From Vicugna vicugna (lineage: Eukaryota), in assembly GCA_013265495.1 (NCBI GenBank), contig MU058636.1:1612001-1676000 (forward strand): 64,000 nt of DNA, written 5' to 3'. This document shows, piece after piece, positions 1 through 12,050 of the stretch. Numbering within the stretch: the stretch's first letter is position 1; the number at the start of each line of letters is the position of its first letter. The notes beneath the pieces are model-generated. The model made no database searches. It saw only the letters and a program-made list of their open reading frames with translations, and was not told the origin of the DNA. The position numbers and the translations under genes were made by a program.

Positions 1-8
1 CTGGATTC

Positions 9-53
9 TGATATAGGAAGGTGGGTCTGGAGTGATATAGGAAGGTGGGTCTG
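9..53. repeat. Short tandem duplication (21-bp match, 24-bp period)
   Basis: TGATATAGGAAGGTGGGTCTG at 9-29 and 33-53. Confidence 0.9.
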
Positions 54-569
54 TAAACAAGGAAAAGTTAAATGGCTCTGCACAATAAAATTAAAAAAAT
101 TAAAAAAAAAAACTTGGATTTTGAGGGTGAAGGAGGAACCAGAAAGGAGAGGAAGAGGAAGAAAGAAGCACACAGAACCAACCAGATTACATGAGCCTGG
201 AGTTCCCTCGTGATGGTGACCAAAATGCATTTTAAGGAAAGAGATGCCTAATATTCAACATCAACACACCTGCCACTGCCAGAACATCATCTTCCCTTCC
301 CCCAAATCTTCCCTAAAGCTGACCACACCCACAATGGCTTTATGTAAACTCTTGTTTTTTGGTTTTTTTTTTTCCACTCTTTCCTAACTCCTGGCAGACA
401 CACCTAGCCGACAACTGCATAACAGACTTCTCAACCAGCCGTGGACACCTTGATGGGCTGTTCCCAAACTAATTATCTTCCCTTCCCCACTCCTACCATC
501 AATTGTTTTTAACTGCTCCTCCTCCTGTCTTCCAGTGTTCCACTAGCTCATTAATGTCATCACCACTAA

Positions 570-1100
570 AGGAACAGCTAATATTTACTGAGCACTTGAA
601 ATGTGCTAGGTACTCTGCCAAGGGCATTACATGCGTAATTTCATTTCATCCTCAAAACCTCCTAGACAAGTACTTCATTTCCTAAATGTCAGGAAACCAA
701 AGTTCAGTAAGGATAGTAATTCTAAGGAAAAGAGATGGAATTCAAATCCTGTCCTGACTCTACAGCCAGCTTAACCAGTATACGCCAATGCCCCCAAGTC
801 AAAACACCTGGGAATCATCCCACTCATTAATCATCTCTAGTCACTTACTTCGTCCAACCAATTATACCTCCTAAATGCCACATCACCGTACCTCCACTGC
901 CTTCCCACAGAATAACACCCAGCATCTACCAAGTCCTTACTTTGTACCAAGCACTATTCTAAGTAATATACATATTTTTCAAGTTTTATCCTCCAACCCT
1001 ATGAAATGAAGCATCTGAGGAAGAAAGAGGTTACAGAATGAGTGACAGACCAGACTCTAACCAGATAATGTGACCTGAGAAGCACTGAGCCCTTAAACCC
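570..1100 (-). mobile_element. Two degraded MIR SINE fragments
   Basis: MIR-like text CAGCTAATATTTACTGAGCACTT...TCATCCTCA near 575-655 and a second copy near 915-1090. Confidence 0.6.
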
Positions 1101-1139
1101 TATCGTGTAACAACTTCTACTCTATCTCCCTACCTCCCA

Positions 1140-1730
1140 TCTGGACCCCCACCATCTTTCAGACTGCTGCAGAGAGCTTTCTGGAATACAAATATTATTA
1201 CGATATTCTCCTGCTCAAAATCAGCAACTCTGTATAGTGTCTGGATAAAATTCAAATTTCTTATCTTGGCACGCAAAATCCTTCATGTTTCTGTTTAAGT
1301 CAGTTGAATAAATAGTTGAGTGCCTACCGTAAGCAAGGCAAAGCACGAAGTGCTCTGAAATGAATAATCCACCAGACCTGGCTACTACTCCAACCTCAAA
1401 CTTGTCCTTCAGCCACTCACCATAGGCAGCTCTCATAATGCAAACCTACACGCTAGTCCCTTTGCCTAGAATGTACCTGGCAAAAGCCCACACTCATCTG
1501 AAGAGTAAGTGCCTGAGGGAGGCCTTCTCTAACCAACTCCAAGCAGAAATGCTCCCTCTTTGAAGTTCCCACAGGACTTGTTTCGATTGCTTTCCGGAAG
1601 CTGGTACAGCAGAGGTACAGATCAGCTTCCAAACAAGACTAAGAGCTACTTCAAGGCAAGAGGTGACACCTGCCATCCATGCCTGGCATGCGGAAGACCC
1701 TCTATAATTTGCTGAATGAAGAAATAATGA
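1140..1730 (+). mobile_element. L2 LINE 3' fragments
   Basis: L2-like motifs CTTTGCC...TGGCAAA...CTCATC...GGCCTTCTCTAACC and a terminal TTTGCTGAATGAA. Confidence 0.5.
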
Positions 1731-2689
1731 CAAGTTTATAACCTGGTGAGAAAAGGAGAGGCACAAGATACAGAATTAGGGATGCTAACACACACGTGGG
1801 CCAAATCAGAAGTGGGGTTATTCTGCTTTCGTTCCGATTTGGCTTACATTTTACCCCTAGGGGAAAACTCACATGTGGGACTTGGACAAGCTAAAAAGGC
1901 AAAACTTTTGTTATTCATGGCTGAAGTAAGCTTTGACAGGCCAGAAAGGATACTAGATCAAAGTCCATTTTCTAAAAGGGTGTGGAGGTGGGAATCAAAT
2001 CTATCCAGGTAAATAAAATTGATCCACTGAGATTAACTTCATCAGGGCTGTGCCATACAGTAAAGGGAAGAAGAAAAATCAAAATCTGTCCTGGGACGAA
2101 GGCCAATTTACAAATCAGTACCACTGCCGCTAGAAGGTGAAATTTTTAAAGCGAAGGCAATTCCAATAAACCGAAGCTCACAACTGTTTCCTCCTCAACC
2201 GCCACTGTGTTTCACTCAACTTTGTTTCTGGTTTCTGTGATTTACAAAGAAACATCTATACAGTTAAGCCCATGGATGAGTGTGCTGCAGCTCCTGGCAG
2301 ATATGAACGTTTTGATTCATAACCTTAAAGGGACACAGAAACCTCAGAAGAAACACTACATCTCAGTCAAAAGCCCGTCGTCTAAAACACGGCATGAAGG
2401 TTTGAAACGCGAGTGCTGACGTTCCTGAGCGGTGCTTTGTGTGCCACTGCTTCCCAATCAAGACCCCAGTTTTGAAATTACCCCCTCGAGGATGTCCAAC
2501 CTCCCTCCCACTCTCTGCAGCCTAAAGGGAGCACTGAGAATTCACAGGCAACAGGCTGGGACGGAGGGTCTGATCGCGCCCCCTCCCTTCCAGGGCAGCT
2601 AGTGGAACTCTCGCTCACGACAACGTACATACAGCGAGCAAAAATCTCAGCCCCACCTCTCCCCTCCCTAAAATTAGAGCGAACGACGC

Positions 2690-3560
2690 AATGACCAGCA
2701 ACCCGGTGGCCTCAGCCACCAAACGGTAACTGCCGGGAGCCGCCCGCCTGCCCCGGCGCCCGGCAGCCCGTGCCTCCCTCCCCGGACCGGCGCGGCCGCC
2801 CTACACCCGGCCCGCGTCCCCGCAGCCCGACCGCGCGGGGAGAGGCGCGGAGGACGCTGCGGCGCCGCTCCCGCCGCCTCCCGGACGCCCCACACCCCAC
2901 GACGCCCGCACCTGAGGCGCAGCCGGACCGGCGCGCGGGCGCGAGGCGAGGCGGGCAGGGCAAAGTTACTCACTGGGGAAGCGCGGCTGCCCAGGGCGCG
3001 CCCGGTTCCCGGCGCCGGCTCGGCTCTCCGCGGCCCGCTGAGGGAGCGCGGGGCGAGCCGGCCTCCGCTCCGCGGGGAACCGCCGCCGCCGCCGCCGCGG
3101 ATTTCCTGGCAAGAAGCAAACTCGGGCCAAGACTTCACTTCTCAACCGCCCCTGCTGCCTTCCCCGGGGCGAACGCCAGGGCCGCGCCGCACAACCCGAC
3201 ACGCACCTGGGCCAATCGGCAACAGCATAGGGCGGGAGAGGGGCGGGCCAGAGAGCTGTTCCGCCTATCCGAGAGCTCGGGGGCGGGCCGGGCCGGGGAC
3301 GTCACTTGGGTTAGAGTGAGCGCACTCCGCCCCTCGCCGCCCTCCCTCCCCCACTCCGCGGCAGTCCCCGCCGCTCTCCTGATTACCCCGCGGAAGACGC
3401 GCTCGGGAAGTGTCTCTGCGCTCACCGCCGACCGCCGCGAGGGGACGGAAACAGCTGGGGGAGGCGGAGGGCAGCTAGGGGGATCGAGGGGTGGGGTGAG
3501 GAGAACAGGTGGCGCAGGAAAGCAGAACTGTAGGCGTGTCGGGCTAGAGGACAGCGGGAG
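2690..3560. promoter_or_regulatory. CpG island / divergent promoter region
   Basis: Very GC- and CpG-rich. CCAAT at 3212-3216, GGGGCGGG GC boxes near 3240 and 3280, CRE-like GACGTCAC at 3298-3305, ETS-like CGGAAG near 3391, (CCG)6 at 3080-3097. Confidence 0.85.
2912..3200 (-). other. LNX2: Probable non-coding first exon of the head-to-head neighbouring gene
   Basis: Minus-strand donor candidates are CCA|GTGAGT (intron starts 2973) and CAG|GTGCGG (intron starts 2911), just beyond the CCAAT/GC-box cluster. The gene name comes only from recalled mammalian LNX2-POLR1D synteny; the TSS is not determined. Confidence 0.5.
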
Positions 3561-4567
3561 TCGGGGGGTACGGGCAGGGGCTGGCCGGGGTGAGGGGTGG
3601 GAGGGGAACAGGAGAGCCCGGAAAGGAGGAAGATTATTAGCGAAAAACACCTGAGGAGACGGGGAGCGGAGAGTTACGAAGGGAAGAGGAGGGCGGAGAG
3701 CGAGTCTGGGTGGTGAAAGGAGGCGGGGGCAGGAGCACCTGGGAACAAAGGTGAGCGGGAGGTTTCACAGGTGAGGAGGTTTAAGAGGCCAAAAGGGTAA
3801 AGGGAAAAAGACGTCCAAAGCGAGGCAGGACGTACTCCAGGGGTAAAAAAGATCCTAGAAGAGAAAGGATTCGGGGTGGGGGGGGTGGAACGGAGTGGGG
3901 GAGTGGGACGGGACACTTTCCTTCCAAACTCTCACTCCTCCCCCAAAAGACGAAAAACAAACGCTGTCCTTTGACCCAGTTGAGCTGTGCAGCTGCAAGA
4001 TCCTGGATGAGTCAAATACCGTTTTAAACCCATCCCATTCTGTTGTGAAATTCATCAAAGTGTATTGATCAGCTACAGTAAATCTGTTGTCCTGTGAGGC
4101 CCCCTCGGCGAGTTGGGAGTGCCCCCTTGGGAGCAGCCCCGCCCCCGCAGGACTAGTAGCAAGTCTGAGAGAGGCCTGATTCCGGCCCTAAGAAGGGAGG
4201 TGATCTTGGGGCGACAGGTAAGGCCCCGCCCCTTCGCCATCACCACGGGGAAGGTGCTAAGGGCTGAGCTCCCGTCTCCCGAGGTCTCGGCCTCGGGGCG
4301 GGGCGGGAGCCCGACGCCACCTGTCTCTCCGCCAACTCTGCGGGCAGACTAGCTCCCAGACCTCAGGTGAGCGGCTCAGGCCACGCCGCCGCCCGTGTCG
4401 CGCCGGGGGCGGGGCCTGTGGGCGGGGCTGTGGGCCGGGCCCCGGGCGGAGCCTCCACGCCCCGCCCAGTGGCCGGGCCCTCGCGTCGTTGCGGCTCCTC
4501 CTCCCTCCTTCCGTCCGCGCTTCTTCCGTCGGTCCTTCCTTCCTGCTGCGCCTACACGTTTCGCGGT

Positions 4568-4603
4568 ATGGGGCAGAGCGTCCGGCCGGCCAGCACCACC
4601 TGA
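4568..4603 (+). other. Upstream ORF, 11 aa (MGQSVRPASTT)
   Basis: GGT ATG G context (G at -3 and +4), TGA at 4601-4603, out of frame with the main ATG and ending 22 nt before it. It is functional only if the TSS lies upstream of 4568. Confidence 0.55.
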
Positions 4604-4625
4604 GGATCCGGAAGCCACCCCCGCG

Positions 4626-4651
4626 ATGGAAGAGGACCAGGAGCTGGAGAG
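4626..4651 (+). CDS. POLR1D: POLR1D shared coding exon 1 (MEEDQELE + 2 nt of Arg9)
   Basis: GCG ATG G Kozak context. Encodes the known POLR1D N-terminus MEEDQELER. Phase-2 donor GAG|GTAACG at 4652. Confidence 0.96.
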
Positions 4652-5586
4652 GTAACGGCCGAGGACGGGGGCGGGAGGAGCGGGCCGCGCCCTGCACCGG
4701 GAGCCGCCCGCCGGCCGGGGCCTCAGCCTCCGCGGCCCGGCCTGGCAGTGAGGGCCTGGCTGGGAGGACAGGCGAGGGGAGAGCAGTGGGCGCCGGGGCG
4801 GGGATAGGGCCCCCGGTTGGGAAGAGTTGGGGGAGACCTGGATTGTTTGCAGGGGAGACGCTCAGTACACTAGATACTGGGGAGGGAAGAGGAGTTGTGA
4901 GACCAGAGTTAAGTCCCCAAACTGCCCACCCCCTGTTGGAACAGCAAGAATAAATAAAGCTAAGTTGCAAAATCACGCACCAGGCCACTGTTCCCCGAGT
5001 GATGGGATGGGTGTATTGGTCGGGCCTAAGTTCCAGAAACTGCGGCCTAAGGTCCTCCTCTGGACAGAGCGCTGATTAATCCACTCTGTGCACTGAGTGC
5101 TCATTCTCCCTCCTGCTTGACTGACTCCTCTCAGACTTTCCATTCTAGTTTCCTTACCGCCTGCACATGGAGGCCATAGTTGGACCTGCACTTTGATGAT
5201 CTTTAGTTTCTATTTTTATAATAATCTGCGTTTTTCTACGCCTTTCAAATCCCTTTCCGTCTCCTAGCAGGACTCATCCTATGCTAATCCTATCCCTTTC
5301 TTTTGACTCTACTGAAAGGATATTTTAGCAAACTTTTTTGATTTAAAGACACACTCCCCTTGTGGCCACGTGGATGGCCAAATGGAGTAGGGAGAAGTTG
5401 GAGGCAAAAATATTTATTGGTAGGATATGTGGCGGCAGGAAAATAAAGGGCTAATGCTAATAGTTCTGGGTAAGTGGAGTGCCTTAGAGTAATAACGCGT
5501 TGCAGTTGTGATGTAGTACATGAAAGAAAGCTAGTTACAAAACCATGTTCAGTATGATCTCATTTTTATAAAAAATATGTGTGTAG

Positions 5587-5962
5587 AAAAATATCTGGAT
5601 TGAAGACCTCAATGGCTGAAGGCGAGAGGAAGACAGCCCTGGAAATGGTCCAGGCAGCTGGAACAGATAGACACTGTGTGACATTTGTATTGCACGAGGA
5701 GGACCATACCCTAGGAAACTCTCTTCGTTACATGATCATGAAGAACCCGGAAGTGGAATTTTGTGGTTACACCACAACCCATCCTTCAGAGAGCAAAATT
5801 AACTTGCGCATACAGACTCGAGGTGCCCTTCCAGCTGTTGAACCCTTTCAGAGAGGCCTGACTGAGCTCATGAATGTCTGCCAGCATGTGCTTGACAAGT
5901 TTGAGGCCAGCATAAAGGAGTATAAGGATCAGAAAGCAAGCAGAAGTGAATCCACATTCTAG
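5587..5962 (+). CDS. POLR1D: POLR1D isoform 1 terminal exon: RNA polymerase I/III subunit RPAC2 (AC19/RPA16), 133 aa with exon 1
   Basis: Acceptor TGTAG| ends at 5586. Translation [15 protein letters not shown]...[13 protein letters not shown]...[20 protein letters not shown] carries the RPB11/AC19 (RNA_pol_L) signature. 26+376 = 402 nt = 133 aa plus stop. Confidence 0.98.
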
Positions 5963-6125
5963 CCCCTTATGCACTGTACAGGGAGCACTGACCTCTAGGA
6001 TATTCTATTTGTGATCTTGCAAAACCCAGAAGTAAAAGTATGTGAATGTCCTTCAGAAAGGCGGGCTTCTAGCTCTTAACCCATTTCCGCTGTTGGAATC
6101 CCTGCAAGAACCTTTGTATTATTCT

Positions 6126-6131
6126 AATAAA
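6126..6131 (+). terminator. POLR1D: Polyadenylation signal of isoform 1 (intronic relative to isoform 2)
   Basis: AATAAA about 165 nt after the stop, with TGTA upstream and a GT/T-rich tract downstream (6155-6215). Confidence 0.8.
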
Positions 6132-6899
6132 TTCCCTCTTTTATTTAAACTGACTTGAGTGGTTTCTATTCCTTTGTCCTTGAGGTTGACTATTTTAGGG
6201 TTTTTTTTTTTCCTTTTAAATGAAGCAACATTGAAAATGAGATAACTGTGAGAAAATCAGGGCTTGGACTTTGATCAAGGGAATTAAAAGGAATGTGTGT
6301 GCACAGCTGTGATCAGAGGAGAGGGAGAGATGGCGATAGAGCATGACCCCAAATGGACTAGATGGTTCAGAAGGAAAGGTGGGAGTAAAGGGAAGACTTG
6401 TTCGCTTCCTAGATGTTTTTTAGTAATTCATGAGAGAATTGCAGCCTTTGCTATGATTGGTAGATTGAGCAAGGGTGGGAAATAACTTGAAAGAATTGTG
6501 AGTATTCTGGTGTCACCTGAGAAGTTTAGGTAGACTCAGCTCCATCTTTGTGGTAGCATTTATAAGATTTATAGGATACCAGCTTACTGCCTTAATTTTA
6601 GCACACTAATATAGAAGGAGAAAACTGGGGTAACCAGATAACATTTTCAGTCCTTGGGTAGGTACCTCAGTATAGCCCAGGGTTACATAAAACTAGCCGT
6701 ATTTGAGAGAAAGTAAGGACGGGAGGAGGAAAATCTCTTGTGGGGAAAATGATTTTTTGGAAAACCTAAAATGTTAGTGAAAGACACTTAAGAGCTGTCC
6801 TGTTTACCTCTTTGTGTCTCACACCTGTCCTACCCCATCTTAACTCTTTAATTCACCCTAAATATCTCTCAATCTTAAATGTCTGAGCACCCCACGCCC

Positions 6900-7790
6900 C
6901 AGGACTCTGAGAGGGGGATGTGCTTTAGGTATGGAAGTCAGGGAGGGTCTTCAAGAGATTACAGGAAGAGAAGGAGTTGGCTGTGCAAAAAGAAAAAGCA
7001 TTCTTGGAGAATAGCATATGCATAACACTGGTGGTTTGAGGAATTAAAGGTATTGAAAGATTTGCATATCTGTATCCTGGCCATCAAGGAGAAGGGCCTA
7101 TAACAGACTTGATGGGAGGAGCTTTGGGCGGGAAGCAGTTTGGAAAGTACAAAGAGAAGACCTCTGGGTATTCGATTACGGTGTGGCGGAACAGGTTGTA
7201 GAGAGGCCAGCGTAGAAGCAGAGAAACTAAGGGTTGAAGTGGCCTGGAAGGGCCGTAAGCTAGCGATGGAGAGAAGAGCGTAAACCTCAGGAACTGGATG
7301 TGGAAGGTGAGGACAGAGGAGGATGATTCCTGTCTAGGTTTGGTCTCAAATGACTGAAATGGGAAGCTTAGGTGGGGAGAATTGGTTGGGAGGTGAGAAG
7401 CTGACTGGAATGAAACGTTCCATTTTGAGCAAGGTAGTCAGTAGATAGGAGTTGGAGACCATGAAAGAGATTTAAGTAGAGAGAAACTTTGTGAGTTCTT
7501 GCCACAAAGATGGTGTAAATCCATAAAAATGAGTGTGGCAAGGAAGGAGGCACAAGACCAAGCCTGGGGTGAGCTCAGCCTTCAAAGGCTGGGTTGAAGG
7601 AGCAGCTGGTGAAGTGGTGGGAGAGTCTGTAGGAAGTCGAGTGGGGGAAGCCAAGGCTTTCAAAGAGGGGAGAATGATGTTGAATGAGTCACATGAGGAC
7701 AGAAAAATGTCGGTTGGAATTAACAGGGAGGTCACTGGGCAGCTGGCAGCATTAGTGTAGTGCCTACAAAGACATTAACACTCGCACAGA
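6900..7790 (-). mobile_element. L2 LINE fragments
   Basis: Purine-rich degraded L2 pattern, e.g. GAGGAGGATGATTCCTGTCTAGGTTTGG and CCATTTTGAGCAAGGT. Confidence 0.5.
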
Positions 7791-10129
7791 AGAAGGGCCT
7801 AGTGTGGGTTTTCCAATAAAGCAAATACACCGTAGGACACTGGAGACTGTAAGTGGAAGCAGGGGTGGATGGGGAAAGATCAAAATTACGAGGCAAGGAC
7901 TGGGAGCATTCTCCCACAGTGGCGGTGAGAGGTGCCAGGAAGCCAGTGTCAGTGTAAGGACGTTGGCCCTTGCAGATGTAAGCAGGTCCTAAAAAGGTCA
8001 GTGTAAAAGTGACCACAAACGTCTTTGCCTCTTCTAAAGTTTTGCCTGTGAGTAGTTGGGTGGGGATAGTAAACAGGATTATTTAAGCGAAGTTGAATAC
8101 TTAGGAGGCATGGCCTGTTAGGAGATGAAAGCCAAGTTTAATGAGTTGACACAGTGAAGCAGAATGGTGATAGCGACTAAGTAGTCAGTGACAGTGCACA
8201 AGGGAAACCCACTCACCACATCTCATGGTCTCACTGCTCCTAAAAGGATTTTTCATCACTGATGATGTAGCATTCAGTCTTGAATCTGTTTAGGGTCACC
8301 ATAAACTCGGGTTTATGCAGAACACCTTCACAAGGCAGATGGGTGAAAGGAAAAACAGGGCAGGGCAGCAGGATATCCAAGAGTCACGTAGATGTGGGAG
8401 AAACCTTTGCAAAAAGTCTGTAGGAACATGAGAGAAGGCAGAATTGGTCTATGAAAAAGTGAAGGAGATACATAAAAATCATATTTATCTGTATAAACTG
8501 AAAAAACTTGATCAGGTGTCTCTGATTTGCTCTCTAACAGCATTTCACTCTAAGTAAAATAGTATTAATGGTTCAAGCTCAGAAATTCTGTTCAACCATA
8601 AAGTACTATGCCTTTTAAGGAGCTAATTATTAAATAAAATGATTATATACCAAAGGCTTTTAATATATAATGATTGAGTACTTAACTAGCACTTTCCATT
8701 TTCAAAGCACTTTACAAACTAATTATTCATAAATTGCATATAGCTGTAACATCTAAGTGTTCTAATTAGTTGTTATAACACATAGGTGCCTACGAAATCT
8801 CTGGAGATGAAAAGGTGTCTGTACAGGAAGTGGTCCAATGAGTGCCATTCTGACCCAAAGAGTGTCTTACATTTCTAGAAATATGAAAGCTTACCAAAGT
8901 TTTATGGCCCACCATTCCCCACCTTTCTTTTTGTTAACCTTAAACATGTTATTAAGACTATAGCCAGTCTCCAGGTCACTGAAGTCATCTTTTTTAGTTA
9001 GCAAGATTTAGAGCCAATCTTTGTAATATCCCTCAAACTGGACTTCTAGGGAATTTGCCTAAATCCACCAGTCTGCTTTCAAGTACTTAAAAAGACCCCA
9101 AATCCAACCGTTTTGTGCTCAAATTCTTAATGTTGGTTTTCTTTTGCATTTGAAAATTTATAAACTACAGTTACTGTGTGGTCTGTTTTTCTTTTTCCAC
9201 GATGAAATTCCTTCCAAACCCACATTTTTGGATCTCTATGCAGCAAACATGTACACCTCAGAAATGATGGAGATAATGAGAATATAATGAGTCTGTCTGA
9301 ACAAGCCCTCTGGTTTTGGAGAGGGCAGACAAGAGCAGTACACTTGAGAAAGATACAACAACTCAAGACACATTTACGACGAAGCATCCTAACGTGCAGT
9401 GTAGGATATTATCTGCTGAATACAGAATGGAATTGGCGAGGACACTCTTGAAGCAAAGTTGGTCTCGTGCACACCCACTCTGCCAGCCACTGTCCTAGGC
9501 ACCGCAGAAAGCAAACAAAACAGGCGACCTGCCTTCCAGCAACGCCTGGAGTACTGAAGTAGGCAGACGTGTAAAACAGTGTTCCGGGATAAACAGTTTC
9601 CTCCTTCCCAGTGGAAAGAAGCCGTTAAAAGATTCTTGAGCTAGGGAATGCCAGAAAGGTTTCAATTTTCCATGCCTGTGCAGAATGGATGAGTGGAAGG
9701 AAACATGGCAGACAGCGGCGAGTGGGGGGCATCTGTAACAGTCCAGGAGTGACATAAAGGGGAATGAGGTCAAAGGACAGATACCAAAAAACTGCTGGAA
9801 AAGAATTTAAATAACTTGGAGGCAGACTCCGGATAGGGGTCAAGCTGAGAGGGTTGAACATGGCCATGTATCTTTCACCCCTCTGTGTTCCTGCTACTCC
9901 CTCACAGCCAAAACCAGGATGGCAGGATTTGCCATCTCCCTCCCTACCCGTCAGAAGCCCACCCCTACCTCCTTCCCATACCCGTGTCAGAAGAATCCAC
10001 ATCTTTAACAAGGCCAGGACTCCAGGGCCATAGATGTGGAAGCTGGAGGAGAGGGAGGAGGCCAGGCAGTGAGTGACCAGCTCTTGCCACTGTCTGCCCC
10101 AATAACTGGCTCTTCTCAGAGGGAGCACT

Positions 10130-10380
10130 GTATTCATTCATTCATTCATTCATTCATTCCACAAAATCACTGAGCGCACGCTAGATGCAGGCATGGCTTA
10201 GGTACATGGGGGACAGCAGGGAACAAGTTGCCCCATGTGCACTCTATTTTCTACTGGCAGAAGTAGAAAATAAAAATGCATAAATTTATAAGGTAATTAA
10301 GGTAGTGATGTAAATGGGAAGCAAATCCTGGGGTCTGAGTAGTTAAGGAAGGCTTTTCTGAGGTGACATAGAAAGAGACC
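10130..10380 (-). mobile_element. L2 3' end with (ATTC)n tail
   Basis: (ATTC)n at about 10132-10159 followed by CACTGAGCGCACGCTAGATGCAGG, the typical L2 terminus. Confidence 0.65.
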
Positions 10381-10759
10381 AAGGAAAAATGAGAATATGC
10401 TCAGAATTTTCTAGAAGAGGAAATTAGATTATTCAGCAACAAAAGAGCAAAATTAGGAACCTTTTAAAAGGAATAAACTTTCACCATTGTATGTGTGTGT
10501 AGTGTTTATTAGTGCCTGGATTTATATCACTTACCTTTAATCTCTACATGTATTTACCTAATAACTGTAGTAGAGAATCTCAAGTTACCGTGTGGGGCCG
10601 TAGGGTGTCACTGGACTTTGGGATTGGCTAACATGGTATGTGTATCAGGAGAGTTGATTTTAATCTTGGTTTTGGTATTTTTGAGAGAAGCGTATCTTTC
10701 TTAGAAGCAGAAGTGGATGAGCTTGGGATCCTGCACATCTTTTCAGGCCAAGTGACTGC

Positions 10760-11030
10760 GAGGCAGCATAGTGTGGGAGTTGAGAGCTTATTGCACCGTT
10801 GGAATCACACTGCCAGAGCCTTGTCCGGCACTAGACTTTTTAGCTCTGTGACCTTGGACGAGCTGTTTGAACTCTTTGTGCCTGAGTTTCTTCATCTGTG
10901 AGATTGGGATTAACAACGATACTTACCATATAGGAATGTTACAACTACTAATTTAGACAATAGAATCGAAGCACTGAGGACACCGGCCATGTAGCACGCT
11001 CTCAGTCAGTGTTACTAGTAATGTCATTAT
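10760..11030 (+). mobile_element. MIR SINE
   Basis: Core TAGCTCTGTGACCTTGGACGAG...GTGCCTGAGTTTCTTCATCTGTGAGATTGGGAT. Confidence 0.75.
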
Positions 11031-11829
11031 TACGATATCACTAATTGTGTCCAGCACGCTGGTTTCGTTCAGATTTCTTCTGGGTGAAAACTTAAAAACA
11101 CCTTGGCATCCTCTGCAATTTTTTGTTTGTTTCCTCTGGCCCAAGGCAGCACTATAATATAAATTTGCAGACCCCTGTATGGAAGCTTATCGGTCTGCTA
11201 AAGCCATTGCTTTTAAAAAAAGATAGTTTAAAATAGCATTCCTAATAATTGAATATAGATAAAAATCAAAGATAAATGGATTGTGTTTCTCCTTTTGTCA
11301 CAAAGAAGTGGAGATTCTGATGGAACCTTCGTAATCTTCCCCAAGCTTCAAGACAGAGGTTAAGCGGGAAGGAAAAGCAGGTTCAGTAGCAGATGGATAC
11401 CTGGCTGGGTGCCAGGTATCTGAATATTGATAGGAAGTCAGGGCCCCAGCTATGTCAGCTAAGCATAAACTTGCATATAATAGAATATATTGGTGCTTTA
11501 CCTACTGATTCTCAGCAAATGTCACGTTTGCTATGCCAGGCTCTTAATAAACGTCAAAAAGAAGAGCTCCCTGTGTGCTTCCCTAAGCTCACCACGCGGG
11601 CTCGGGTCAGACCTGAGAACAGCTGTAGACAGTGCCTCAACCAGTGCTGTCAGAAGGGCTCTCGGAGACACTCGGACTGACCAGAGCACCTAATCAGACA
11701 GGGGCTGGACCAGCTGGCTTTCTAGGTTGGGGTCTGGAGGGGTTTGGGTTTCTCTTCTTCAAGGGTGAAAGAGGCTTTGTTTGAAGGGACCTCTCTCGAG
11801 GCAGCCCCGTGTGCAGGCGAAGTGTGAGA

Positions 11830-12050
11830 CTCTGAGGGCGGAGGGCCTGGTCTCAGCGTCAGCTTTCCCGCTTCCTAACTTGCGGGTGTGGGAGCACAGC
11901 TTAGCCTTTCTGAGCCTCAGTTTCCTCATCTGTAAAATTGGTTTAATAATAATACCTACTTTACACATAGGGTTCCCGTGGAGAATAAATGCAGTAAAGC
12001 ACAGTTCCTAGCACGCTGAAGCCCTCGGACATGAGCCGTTACTTCGGTGG
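11830..12050 (+). mobile_element. MIR SINE
   Basis: Core CTGAGCCTCAGTTTCCTCATCTGTAAAATTGG...AATAATACCTAC. Confidence 0.8.

Larger units (their letters stand above)
4100..4810 (+). promoter_or_regulatory. POLR1D: CpG-island promoter and 5' UTR of POLR1D
   Basis: CpG-dense with several GGGGCGGG boxes (about 4296, 4406) and a pyrimidine-rich initiator-like tract at 4496-4545, directly upstream of the ATG at 4626. Confidence 0.85.

Noticed and set aside
2674..3654. Long overlapping ORFs, including 294 aa on + and 171 and 154 aa on -
   Set aside because: Stop-poor CpG-island sequence; Arg/Gly/Pro/Ala-rich with no recognisable domain and mostly non-ATG starts.
4257..4988. 243-aa antisense ORF and 154-aa sense ORF over POLR1D exon 1
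   Set aside because: GC-island artefacts. The real frame leaves at the 4652 donor.
5579..5586. ORF-track start (MC) for a 127-aa intronless POLR1D, or a processed pseudogene call
   Set aside because: The start is a GTG inside the intron acceptor. Splicing from exon 1 restores the full 133-aa protein with a promoter and intact frame.
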